Assembly: GCA_963664705.1 (NCBI GenBank)
Contig: OY761556.1
Coordinates: 4,832,001 to 4,896,000 of the forward strand
From: Acidobacteriota bacterium
GTDB taxonomy: Bacteria; Acidobacteriota; UBA6911
Length of the DNA stretch: 64,000 bases
Reading direction: 5' to 3'
Under the pieces are notes generated by a model. That model had not been told where the DNA came from. It saw only the letters and a program-made list of their open reading frames with translations, and searched no databases. Shown piece after piece: positions 30,297-39,764 of the stretch. Position 1 is the first letter of the stretch, and every line of letters starts with the position of its first letter. Both the position numbers and the translations under genes were made by a program.

Positions 30297-31895
30297 ATGA
30301 AGCATCCCATGATGCCGGCTCACTGTTACATTTTGTTGGCAAGTTTAGTGCTCCTCTCCATTCCCGCGTCAGCCCAGCAGCCTTGCGCCGGCCTGGCGTC
30401 CGTTAGAATTCCGAACGTCACCATTACGTCCGCCAAAGACATGAGCCCGGATTGGGAAATACCGGCCACCGGGGGAATGTTCGCAACGCCTCCCGGGCAG
30501 AAGGTCCCGGTGCCGTTCTGTCGTGTTGAAGCCTATTCTGCTCCAACGAGCGACTCCCACATCGGCTTTGAAGTATGGCTCCCCAGGACACCAGGCTGGA
30601 ACGGGAAGTTTCTCGCCGTAGGCAATCCAGGATTCATCGGAGGGATTGCACGCGGCGCAATGTCCGGTATCGTGCAAAAAGGATATGTCGCGGCATCGAC
30701 CGATACCGGGCATACCGATGACGGCTACGATTGGGCAAAGGGGCATCCGGAAAAACTCGTGGACTGGGGATACCGTGCCGTTCATGAAACGGCCGTGGCG
30801 ACGAAGCAACTGATCCAAAGTTATTACGGCAAACCGGTTCAATACTCCTATTGGAATAGCTGCCACAATGGCGGTAACCAGGGACTAAACGAGGCACAGC
30901 GATACCCTGCGGACTTCAACGGCATTGTCGCCGGAGATCCGGCTTATTACGTATCCCGTTTGCAAGCCGGCTCACTGTATATCGGATGGGTTTCGCTCAA
31001 GGACGGAGTGAAGGCGCCGGGATACATACCTCCCGGCAAGTATCCGGCACTTCACAAAGCAGCGATGGCTGCCTGCGACGCCAAAGATGGGCTTGCAGAC
31101 GGCATCATTGAGGATCCGCCGCGCTGCGGCTTCGATCCCAGGAGCATCCAATGTCCGGAAGGCACGGATACCCAGTCCTGCCTCACTGCCGCCCAGGTCG
31201 AAACAGCAAGGAAGATCTACACTGGAGCCAGGTTCAACGATGGTTCAGCGCTATATAGCGGCTATGAACCGGGAAGCGAATTGGGTTGGGCGATGATGGC
31301 CGCCGGCCCCGACCCACTCAGCATTAATGCCAGTTATTTTTCGAGTATGGTTTTTGAGAATCCGAAATGGGATTTTCGCACATTCGATGTCGACCGGGAT
31401 ACGCGCCTGGCCGAAACCCGCACCGGCAAAGCCATCGATGCTTTCAACCCGGACCTAAAACCGTTCAGGAAAAATGGCGGGAAATTGATTATCTATCAAT
31501 CATGGAATGAGACCGTGGTACCGCCGCGGACGATTACGGACTATTACCGAAGCGTGGAAAAAGCCATGGGCGGCCCGGTACAAGCACAGGATTTCGCCCG
31601 GCTCTTCATGGCTCCAGGTCACAGTGGATGCCCGGGGTTCAGTAACGCTGAGGATTTCAATACTCTGAAAGCACTCGAACAGTGGGTTGAGAATGGCGTC
31701 GCTCCCGAGAAGATTGTTCTGACCCACAGAGAACAGGCGAAATTTGGGGAACAGGGCAAGGCGCTGCGCACTCGTCCGGTTTGTGCCTACCCCAAGGTGG
31801 CCAAATATAACGGCCAGGGCGATCCGGATAGCGCTGCCAGTTTTAGCTGTATTGCGCCAGGTAAAGAGGTAGTCTTCCCACCATCTTTGCCCTAA
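30297..31895 (+). CDS. Tannase/feruloyl esterase-fold protein with non-canonical active site
   Basis: FCRV, WNGKFL, STDTGH, RYPADFNGIVAG, RPVCAYP; nucleophile elbow reads SCHNGG; start at ATG 30297 with AGGAGG RBS. Confidence 0.88.
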   Translation: MKHPMMPAHCYILLASLVLLSIPASAQQPCAGLASVRIPNVTITSAKDMSPDWEIPATGGMFATPPGQKVPVPFCRVEAYSAPTSDSHIGFEVWLPRTPGWNGKFLAVGNPGFIGGIARGAMSGIVQKGYVAASTDTGHTDDGYDWAKGHPEKLVDWGYRAVHETAVATKQLIQSYYGKPVQYSYWNSCHNGGNQGLNEAQRYPADFNGIVAGDPAYYVSRLQAGSLYIGWVSLKDGVKAPGYIPPGKYPALHKAAMAACDAKDGLADGIIEDPPRCGFDPRSIQCPEGTDTQSCLTAAQVETARKIYTGARFNDGSALYSGYEPGSELGWAMMAAGPDPLSINASYFSSMVFENPKWDFRTFDVDRDTRLAETRTGKAIDAFNPDLKPFRKNGGKLIIYQSWNETVVPPRTITDYYRSVEKAMGGPVQAQDFARLFMAPGHSGCPGFSNAEDFNTLKALEQWVENGVAPEKIVLTHREQAKFGEQGKALRTRPVCAYPKVAKYNGQGDPDSAASFSCIAPGKEVVFPPSLP

Positions 31896-31948
31896 AATCT
31901 CCATCCTGAAGCTTTGAGGAAAACCGGCACAATGACAGGGAGGTCCCG

Positions 31949-32860
31949 ATGACTGTAATGCACAGCCTCTACCGCGAACCGAGTATCATCAGAATCGATG
32001 AGAGCACATGCGAACACTGCGGCCAGTGCGCAAGCATCTGCGCCGGGGATGTTCTGGTGATGGAGAATGGCCATGTCCGAGTCAGCAACGACAGCCCATT
32101 CGGCTGCATCGCCTGCGGCCACTGCATGATGGTTTGCCCGGTGGGGAGCATCACGGTGACAGGACGTGGGCTCAGCCCAGAGGATCTGCTGACGATGCCT
32201 CCCAAGGAATCATGCGCCACAGCCGATCAAATCTTTGCGCTAATGAAAGCTCGCCGCAGTGTTCGACGCTTTCAGCCGCGTGAAGTGGAACCGGAAATAC
32301 TCAACCGCATTGTCGAAATGGCCTCCTCTGCCCCCATGGGCATTCCGCCCTGGGACGTGGGCTGCATTATCGTCCAGGGGCGCGACAAGGTTCAGGAACT
32401 TGCGACAGAGGTCGTTAAGGGCTACGAACAGATTTTAAAGATATTCAAGCCATGGCTGCTTGCGGTGATGCGTCCGTTCGTGGGCCGGATAATGTATGAA
32501 CAGCTTCTCAATTTCGTTCGACCATTGGCCCGGTCCTATATCGACAGCCATCGCCAAGGTCACGACGCGTTATTCTATGACGCACCGGCAGTTTTGGTTT
32601 TCCATCATTCGCCATACGCCGAAGCCACCGACGCTGCCATTGCCTGTACCTATGCCATGCTGGCAGCCGAGTCCCTTGGTCTGGGCAATACGATGATCGG
32701 GGGAGCCCCGCCTATTATCAAACGCAATAAGAGCCTGTGTGCCCGGCTGGGCATTCCGGCCGGCAACACGCCGTCTATTTCATTGATTGTCGGCTATCCG
32801 GCCACGCACTTCAGACAATCCGTCAAACGCCGCTTTTCGCACGTCAACCGGATTGACTGA
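31949..32860 (+). CDS. Nitroreductase with N-terminal 2x[4Fe-4S] ferredoxin domain
   Basis: CEHCGQCASIC, CIACGHCMMVCP, RRSVRRF, LAAESLGLG. Confidence 0.92.
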   Translation: MTVMHSLYREPSIIRIDESTCEHCGQCASICAGDVLVMENGHVRVSNDSPFGCIACGHCMMVCPVGSITVTGRGLSPEDLLTMPPKESCATADQIFALMKARRSVRRFQPREVEPEILNRIVEMASSAPMGIPPWDVGCIIVQGRDKVQELATEVVKGYEQILKIFKPWLLAVMRPFVGRIMYEQLLNFVRPLARSYIDSHRQGHDALFYDAPAVLVFHHSPYAEATDAAIACTYAMLAAESLGLGNTMIGGAPPIIKRNKSLCARLGIPAGNTPSISLIVGYPATHFRQSVKRRFSHVNRID

Positions 32861-32953
32861 CCTTGCCGGCTTGCTCGCTGGCAAGGCAATGTATGGAGCA
32901 ATCACGGCTCTTTCCATGACGCTCGCGGCGGCATTCCATGCCAAAATGCTCGG

Positions 32954-33808
32954 ATGTATCCCGTGAAAAAGTTGAAAGGACTTGTCCGCCTGGTACGCCT
33001 GGAGCTTCCCTTCTCCGCCGGAGTCTGCGTCGTCATGGGACAATTATTCGCGCTGGGTGGGTTTGCCTCCATCCGCAACACGGCTTGCGCGTTTCTGTCC
33101 ATCTTTTCTATTGCAGCGTCCATACTCGTGTTGAACGATTACTTCGATGTCGAAACCGACCGGATCAATGCGCCGCACCGTCCCATCCCTTCCGGCATTG
33201 TGACGAAATCGGAAGCACTCTCGTTTTCCGTACTGCTTGTGGTTGCCGGACTGCTGCTCAGTGTTTTTCTTGGTACCAGCGCTCTTGCCTGCTCATTTGC
33301 CCTGCTGCTAATCGGTTTTCTCTATAATCGCAAATTCAAGCAAAGCGGATTGCCGGGAAATCTGATGGTCAGCGTCTCCGTCGGAATGACCTTTATCTAT
33401 GGCGGCGTATCGGTGGGAGTGCCTTTCGACAAGACCGTATGGCTATTTGCGGGCATTGCCGCGTTGGTCGACCTGGGAGAAGAGATCGCGGCAGATGCGA
33501 TGGATATGGCTGGAGATCGGCTTATCCAGTCGCGGTCACTGGCATTGCGATATGGAAGGGATGTTGCCCTTCGCGTCAGCGGCGGTCTCTTTGCCATTGT
33601 CATCGGGCTGACCTCTGTTCCTTTCCTTTTGGGATGGTTTCCCCTTCCCTATGCGGCGCCGATCGCGGTAATGGACGCCGTGATTGCCGGCTCAACGCTG
33701 CGTCTGCTCAGGTCCGAAAATCATGAAGGGCGAATTTATGTCCGACAGCTATACCTTGGCGCAACCGGCGGACTGCTGCTGTTTTTGCTGATGAGGCTGT
33801 TTCTGTGA
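32954..33808 (+). CDS. UbiA-family prenyltransferase (DGGGP synthase-like)
   Basis: NDYFDVETDRINAPHRPIPSG, GLPGNLMVS, EEIAADAMDMAGD; multi-pass TM. Confidence 0.85.
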   Translation: MYPVKKLKGLVRLVRLELPFSAGVCVVMGQLFALGGFASIRNTACAFLSIFSIAASILVLNDYFDVETDRINAPHRPIPSGIVTKSEALSFSVLLVVAGLLLSVFLGTSALACSFALLLIGFLYNRKFKQSGLPGNLMVSVSVGMTFIYGGVSVGVPFDKTVWLFAGIAALVDLGEEIAADAMDMAGDRLIQSRSLALRYGRDVALRVSGGLFAIVIGLTSVPFLLGWFPLPYAAPIAVMDAVIAGSTLRLLRSENHEGRIYVRQLYLGATGGLLLFLLMRLFL

Positions 33809-33848
33809 TCCAGTCCTCGCTGGAGCGCCATGCAGCCACGCCCAGTAG

Positions 33849-33888
33849 TCTGAAATCCGGAATCTGGAATCTGGAATCTGAAATCCGA
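33849..33888. repeat. Heptamer microsatellite
   Basis: tctgaaatccggaatctggaatctggaatctgaaatccga. Confidence 0.8.
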
Positions 33889-33964
33889 CTCAGATTGTTC
33901 CAAAGCACTTCGTGAGAATTAGTGGCCAACGTGGAAGGCAATCCTATAATATTCAAGCTGCGCT

Positions 33965-34780
33965 ATGGAATCAGATCATCCCAATGACTTGGCCGGTCAG
34001 ACAAATCTGCCGGCAGGACAGCATCCGCGGATAAACCCGGATGAAACACTCGACCGTTTGACCTCGAAATTCCTTATTATCCAAAAACGCCGGGGGCACC
34101 GGGCTGCTTCCGACGATACCCTGCTTGCCTGGGCCGCAGCTCGAACTCGTCCGGAAGCGTCGAGAGTTCTGGATCTGGGCAGCGGCAAGGGAACTGTCGC
34201 AATGCTTCTGCTCCACTGCTTGCCCGGTTGCCGTGTGATTGGGCTGGAGGCGCTGGAGGTTAGTCACGAACTCGCAACTCGAAATGCGCATCTGAATTCG
34301 CTGCAGGATCGTTGGGATCCGCGCCTGGGCGATCTGCGGGATCCAAGCCTCCTCGCCGGTGAATCTCTCTTCGATCTCATCACCGGTGCCCCGCCGTTCA
34401 TGCCGGTCGGAAGCGGTGTCATGCCCAAAGATCCCCAGCGCGCGGCCGGTCGATTCGAATTGCGGGGGGGCGTGTGGGACTACGCAGAGGCGGCGGCCGG
34501 AAATCTGGCCAAAGGAGGAAAGGTCGTATTTCTCATGGACGGGCTTGCTTCCTCCAGATCCCGAACACTGCACGCCCTGAGCGCGGCCGGACTCTGCATC
34601 AGCGTTATTACTGCAGTACATCCTTTCCCCGGTCGGAACCCGGTTTATTGGATCTTCGAAGCCGGTATGGGAGCCCAGCTGCAAACAGAGCAGTCGCTTT
34701 GCATCCGCACCAAACAGGATGGCGCTTTCTCACCGGAGTTTGAAGCGATCCGCCGGGAAATGAACTGTATTCCCGGTTAG
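33965..34780 (+). CDS. Class I SAM methyltransferase, tRNA1(Val) A37 N6-methylase (TrmN6/YfiC)-like
   Basis: IIQKRRGHR, VLDLGSGKG, GAPPF (NPPY-like). Confidence 0.75.
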   Translation: MESDHPNDLAGQTNLPAGQHPRINPDETLDRLTSKFLIIQKRRGHRAASDDTLLAWAAARTRPEASRVLDLGSGKGTVAMLLLHCLPGCRVIGLEALEVSHELATRNAHLNSLQDRWDPRLGDLRDPSLLAGESLFDLITGAPPFMPVGSGVMPKDPQRAAGRFELRGGVWDYAEAAAGNLAKGGKVVFLMDGLASSRSRTLHALSAAGLCISVITAVHPFPGRNPVYWIFEAGMGAQLQTEQSLCIRTKQDGAFSPEFEAIRREMNCIPG

Positions 34781-34937
34781 TGAATTCCCCACAAAAATTG
34801 AGAATCCTGGTATGGCCGCGATGGACCGGGATGGAACCGGGTTAAAGCATATTCCGCTATCCCCAGGAACTTTTCGTAGTAAAATCAGCCACTTTTGTTT
34901 TTCCAGGTAATCGCTGTTTGCGGCAGAGCTTTGTGGG

Positions 34938-37565
34938 ATGAGAAAAGACGACATCGCGCATATCCTGAAGGAGACTATGCTTTTCCAGCGGCTGGAGCGA
35001 AGCCAGCTCCTGGCAACCGCTGCAGTCGCCAAGATCTCGAGTTTTCCGGAGAACAGCTATGTCTATCGGCAGGACGATGTTGGAGAGGGATTCTATATTG
35101 TAGCTTCCGGCGAAGTCGATCTGGTGCTGTCTCGAGACGGCGGCGAAAAGATCGTGGTCGGGCGGATTGGTCCCGGTGGTCATTTCGGCGAGACCTCGCT
35201 GATTACCGGAAAACCGCATTCCCTGGGAGCCCGGGCCAAAGGAAAGCTGGTATTGATCTGGTTTGACCGGCATGTGTTTCAAGAAGTGCTTTTGGGCGAT
35301 GACTCCATCCATAGCCGGATGAATCTGGCGCTTGCCGAACGACTGAGAGTTTCCTTTCTGGACCAGGCGGATTCCGCAATACACGGCCATCGACGCGTTG
35401 CGGAAAAGGCCTCTTCATGGTCGGAGGATTTCGCCTATTTCGCCGAGGATCACGATCCGGGAACCAGCGAGAGCGGGCCGAATAGCCATCCCGTCTCGAC
35501 TACCACCAAGCGCGTCCAGAATATTACAAGCATTTTCGCCAAAAACCTCCACCCGGTTTTTCTAAGCGGCGAACCAGGCACCGGCAAGAAGCTGCTCGCC
35601 AACCAGATTCACCTGCAGAGTGTCTATGCCCACGGGCCCTATATTGAGGTGGATCTAAGAGACATCGAAGAGCAGGAGATCGTGGAAAAGCTCTTTGGCA
35701 ATCAGCGGGACGACCTGCCATTCACTCAAGCCCGGCAGGTGGGCACCTTTGAGCAATTCAGTGGTGGAACCGTGGCGCTGCTGAACTGCGAATCCATGGG
35801 TGAGCCGCTCCAGCAGAAACTTATCAAAGCGATCACTGAGGGCTCCTTTACACGAGTGGGCGGCAACCGGAAAACCCTGTTTCAGACTCGTGTCATTTTT
35901 ATCAGCGAATCAAGCATGGAAGATGTGGAAGCGACAGGCACCATCCTGCCGAAAATGCTCGAGATTCTGCAGCGGCAGCACTACCGCGTCCCGCCGTTGC
36001 GGGAGCATCGACGCGACCTGCCGCGACTGATTGAGCATTTCCTTCGTCGTTACAGCCGGGAATATGGAAAGAACATCCACAAAATCCATCCGAATTCCAT
36101 GGGGATCCTGCTGAATTACGAGTGGCCCGGGAACATGCCCGAACTGGAGAGCGTGATCCAGCGGGCAGTCATGCTGGCTCAGAAAGACGAGATTCTGACC
36201 GACCAGATCCTGCTGGGCCTGCCGAAGACTGAAGGGAAATGGGAGTTCAACGTACTGCGCATTCCCTGGGTGAGGAAGCTCCTGGAGTCGAGATATTTTC
36301 CGGTTATTCCGCGGGCTGTTATCGGCTACATCTTTCTCGCGGCAGTACTGGCATTGTTCTTCGGTCCGTCTGAACCGGAGAAGAACATCGGTATGACATT
36401 GAGCTGGGTAATCGGGTGGCCGATTTTATTCTTTTCCTTTTTCTTCCTCGGCAGGCTCTGGTGCACGGTCTGTACCCTGACGGTCCCGGGTCGAATGGTT
36501 CAATCGGTCCTGAAGCCGGATCGAAGCACCCCTAAACTAATAAAAAAATATTCCGGCTGGATCATGGCTTTGCTTTGCATCCTGGTGCTTTGGGTTGAAA
36601 TTGTGTGGGATGCCCACAATCATCCACGAATCGGTGGCTGGGTGATCCTGTCGGTCACGCTGGGAGCCCTTTTCTTCCGCACGTTTTTCAAGCGCCGATC
36701 CTGGTGTCTGTATGTCTGTCCGCTGGGTGCCATCAATGCGATTTTCGCCATGCCTTCCATCCTGGAGTTGAGAGCCAATCGACATCTTTGCCTGAATCGT
36801 TGCCGGAAGCATGTCTGCTTCGGCGCGGAGAATGAGCAGTCCGGATGTCCGATGTACCGGCATCCGTTCCTGGTCGACAACAACCGGGATTGCATTCTGT
36901 GCGCCAAATGCATCAAGAACTGCAAAGATAATTCGATCCATTTGAACTTCCGTCTTGCTCCGCAGGAGCTCTGGGACCTGGAAACACCAAGGCGGCCCGA
37001 CAGCTTTCTGATTGTTGCCCTGGGTGCGATCTTTTTCCCATTTGCGCTGCAGGAAAGATTCCTCCAGTTGATTGGCAGGGGACTGGCTCTTCTCCCTGCC
37101 GGCATCCATCTGCCGATATGGCTGGCCGCGACGGCTGTATTCTTCAGTCTCATCCTGCTCTTTGAAATCGGCTATGGACTGATGGTGGCCATCCAGGCGC
37201 GTTATGCGGCGGTGAACAAAGAGGTGCTGCTGCCCTTGTTGGGATATGGATTCATCCCGATGATTCTTGGCTGCTATTTAACCGTCCACTTCGATATCTT
37301 TGTGGGAGGCGCCTGGCGGCTTTGGCCCAACCTTCTCTCACTGATAGGAATTCAGTCCCTCTATCAAGGAGAGCGAATACTGAGCCTGGGAGGCACGGCG
37401 GTTCTTCAGACCATCACGGTTTTCGGCGGCATGCTGGCCTCTTTCTATGCAATATTCAGGATCATGGCGCGCCTGAAAGGGAGCCGCCAGTTTTCGTCCA
37501 GGATGCTGCTGCTGCCATACAGCTTCATGATTATTCTCGGCGGTCTGTCCCTCTTTATTATCTGA
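34938..37565 (+). CDS. cNMP-binding / degenerate sigma54-type AAA+ / membrane 4Fe-4S (NapH-like) fusion
   Basis: GEGFYIVASGEV...FGETSL (cNMP); GEPGTGK, YEWPGN; TM region with WCTVC, WCLYVCPLG, CILCAKCIKNC. Confidence 0.85.
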   Translation: MRKDDIAHILKETMLFQRLERSQLLATAAVAKISSFPENSYVYRQDDVGEGFYIVASGEVDLVLSRDGGEKIVVGRIGPGGHFGETSLITGKPHSLGARAKGKLVLIWFDRHVFQEVLLGDDSIHSRMNLALAERLRVSFLDQADSAIHGHRRVAEKASSWSEDFAYFAEDHDPGTSESGPNSHPVSTTTKRVQNITSIFAKNLHPVFLSGEPGTGKKLLANQIHLQSVYAHGPYIEVDLRDIEEQEIVEKLFGNQRDDLPFTQARQVGTFEQFSGGTVALLNCESMGEPLQQKLIKAITEGSFTRVGGNRKTLFQTRVIFISESSMEDVEATGTILPKMLEILQRQHYRVPPLREHRRDLPRLIEHFLRRYSREYGKNIHKIHPNSMGILLNYEWPGNMPELESVIQRAVMLAQKDEILTDQILLGLPKTEGKWEFNVLRIPWVRKLLESRYFPVIPRAVIGYIFLAAVLALFFGPSEPEKNIGMTLSWVIGWPILFFSFFFLGRLWCTVCTLTVPGRMVQSVLKPDRSTPKLIKKYSGWIMALLCILVLWVEIVWDAHNHPRIGGWVILSVTLGALFFRTFFKRRSWCLYVCPLGAINAIFAMPSILELRANRHLCLNRCRKHVCFGAENEQSGCPMYRHPFLVDNNRDCILCAKCIKNCKDNSIHLNFRLAPQELWDLETPRRPDSFLIVALGAIFFPFALQERFLQLIGRGLALLPAGIHLPIWLAATAVFFSLILLFEIGYGLMVAIQARYAAVNKEVLLPLLGYGFIPMILGCYLTVHFDIFVGGAWRLWPNLLSLIGIQSLYQGERILSLGGTAVLQTITVFGGMLASFYAIFRIMARLKGSRQFSSRMLLLPYSFMIILGGLSLFII

Positions 37566-37586
37566 CCCCGAAACCACCGATTTTCT

Positions 37587-39638
37587 TCAACGCAGCACGT
37601 TGCTTTCCTCCGCCTGCCGGATGAGCAGTTCGCCGTCCTCAGGCAGCAGGAACCGCTGTTTTACCAGGCCCCCGACCGCTTTCTTCACCGATTCGACATA
37701 GCCCGCATGATTTGAATATCGCTCCTCGATGGACAGGCGCGGATCCCCGGAGGCCTGACGCTCAGTCTTCGACCTGGCAAACGGAACGAAGCCGCCCGTA
37801 AATCCGCAGGCGCGTCCCCGGTAGAATCCTCCCTGAGTAACGTTCCAGCCCAAATAGGTACCCAGCGGCGCCTGATGCAGCGGGGATGCGATTCCGCTTG
37901 TTTCATTGCCGTCAGCATCCACCTTCGGCACAAGCAACGGCAGAATGCGTTGAACGATCGGCGGCTGAATTGTCAGTACTCCGGATAGATCGCGGCGGAT
38001 AAATTCCGGGCCAAAATCATAATCAAGAAATGAGTTGATGAGATGATCGGGCAGGGGCCGGCCGGGAATGGCGGGAAAGCCCAGGCTCCGGGAGTCGGGC
38101 CGCACCAGCTGCCCTTTGTCCAACCGGGGATAGACGCTTTGCGGCGGCTCTGCATTTTTAGTCACCCAATCGGTCAATGCAGCGATCAAGGCCCGCATCG
38201 TTTCGCTTTGCGGATTTGGGTTCTGCGGCAAATCGCAGGAGGGCGCCACGGCAGGAACCTCAGTGCTGAATCCACCACGCCCCCCGCCGTGAGTTGTGCC
38301 CGGAAAATAATAACGGCGCACATTGGCCGGAAGCGGAATATCCCTATCGGCGGCAGTGCCGATCAGGTTGGGTGACATCCGCAAACCCCAGAACTCCGCA
38401 GAACCGAACGTTTCCATAATCTTCGGACAGGTCTTTGTTGCGCGGCAACGGTCCAGCATGCTTCCGCTTTTCTGCCCGCGCATCCTATCCGCATAGGATC
38501 CCCACCAGAGTTGCGGTTCACTGCCCGCCTCATACATGTTGGCCGCGCCGCCTGGAGTGGCAAACCGGATATTCAGCGCCAGTTGCCGGCCGGCAATGTG
38601 CGGATTGGCGCCATCCCACACAATTTGTCCCGCTTCATCCTGGTTGAAACCAAGATGAAGGAAACTTTTGATGAAATTCCCCGACTGTGAAACGCCTTGC
38701 GCGATCACATGCCGCATCTTCCCTGCAACGGGATTAGCCAGATTATTCGAATCCATCGCAGAGCGACGGAAGAAGGAAACGATGTCGCGCGTTGCCGCGA
38801 AACCGATACCCAGCACAAGCGGATCTTTTGCCGTATATCTCAGTTCGTATAGATAGGCCGGATCGAATCCGTCCTTGAGGCAAACTTTGCCGGCATCGGG
38901 TTTTCCCGGAAACGGCATTTTGCTGCAATCCGCAAAAGCCCACTCCATTGGAGCGATCGGAATAACGGCGCTTTCCTCGCCAGCCTGTTTGGTGAGTGTT
39001 GCCCTATTGGTATTCATGTCCGCGGTTTCATGCGCAACGGGCAGCGGCATTGTTCCGGTACCTGCAGGCATGTTATTGAAGCGCGCCCATGCGGGTCCGG
39101 TGATACTGGAACCGTCCGCTTTCCGGGCGACCGGAACGGTAATTGTTTCGCTGCCGGGGCGCCCGGCCAGGTCGCCCTGCCAGCCGCTGTGCAAAATCAC
39201 GTATCCGCGTTTGAGAAAGAAATCATCGCCCGATTCACCTGCGGTGCCGAACGACATTGTTGAAATGCGGCTGCCGCGATTAGGTACGGCATAAAGGAGC
39301 ACGCCATTGGCCTTCGTCATGTCTACCGGCTTGACCAATGTATAGGTGGCAGAATATTCGACATGCCCGCGAACATTGCGCGGCGCAAAACCGAGATCGG
39401 TAATAATAGCATTGTGAACATCTTTGGGATCCAGCTCGCCATAGGCGCGTCCGCTGAGAATCTCATACGGACCCACGCTTCCAAAGCTCTTCCCATCAAA
39501 TGCAGGCGACTGCCGCTGTTCGATCTCAATCCGAATAATCCGAGCCTCAACTTTTGCGGCGCACAAAATAGCGATAATCAAAGAAAACCACATTGCGGAG
39601 GGTCGCTGAGCCAATAATGATTTGCGCGATGGATTCAT
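37587..39638 (-). CDS. Secreted alpha/beta hydrolase domain protein
   Basis: FGSVGPYE, VPNRG, SGWQGD, GVSQSG nucleophile elbow, GTTHG, VDADGNE, DPRLSIEERY; start at ATG 39638 inferred. Confidence 0.8.
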   Translation of the reverse strand: MNPSRKSLLAQRPSAMWFSLIIAILCAAKVEARIIRIEIEQRQSPAFDGKSFGSVGPYEILSGRAYGELDPKDVHNAIITDLGFAPRNVRGHVEYSATYTLVKPVDMTKANGVLLYAVPNRGSRISTMSFGTAGESGDDFFLKRGYVILHSGWQGDLAGRPGSETITVPVARKADGSSITGPAWARFNNMPAGTGTMPLPVAHETADMNTNRATLTKQAGEESAVIPIAPMEWAFADCSKMPFPGKPDAGKVCLKDGFDPAYLYELRYTAKDPLVLGIGFAATRDIVSFFRRSAMDSNNLANPVAGKMRHVIAQGVSQSGNFIKSFLHLGFNQDEAGQIVWDGANPHIAGRQLALNIRFATPGGAANMYEAGSEPQLWWGSYADRMRGQKSGSMLDRCRATKTCPKIMETFGSAEFWGLRMSPNLIGTAADRDIPLPANVRRYYFPGTTHGGGRGGFSTEVPAVAPSCDLPQNPNPQSETMRALIAALTDWVTKNAEPPQSVYPRLDKGQLVRPDSRSLGFPAIPGRPLPDHLINSFLDYDFGPEFIRRDLSGVLTIQPPIVQRILPLLVPKVDADGNETSGIASPLHQAPLGTYLGWNVTQGGFYRGRACGFTGGFVPFARSKTERQASGDPRLSIEERYSNHAGYVESVKKAVGGLVKQRFLLPEDGELLIRQAEESNVLR

Positions 39639-39764
39639 TCGCTGTTTACTCCAGAAATAGAAGCGCCACTGTAGGAGAAGATTCCCGATCTGAGCCCTCA
39701 ACACTATCGTAGAATGGCTGGGAGCATGTTCGAGAATTGGGATAGGATATACCTCATTCTGAGA

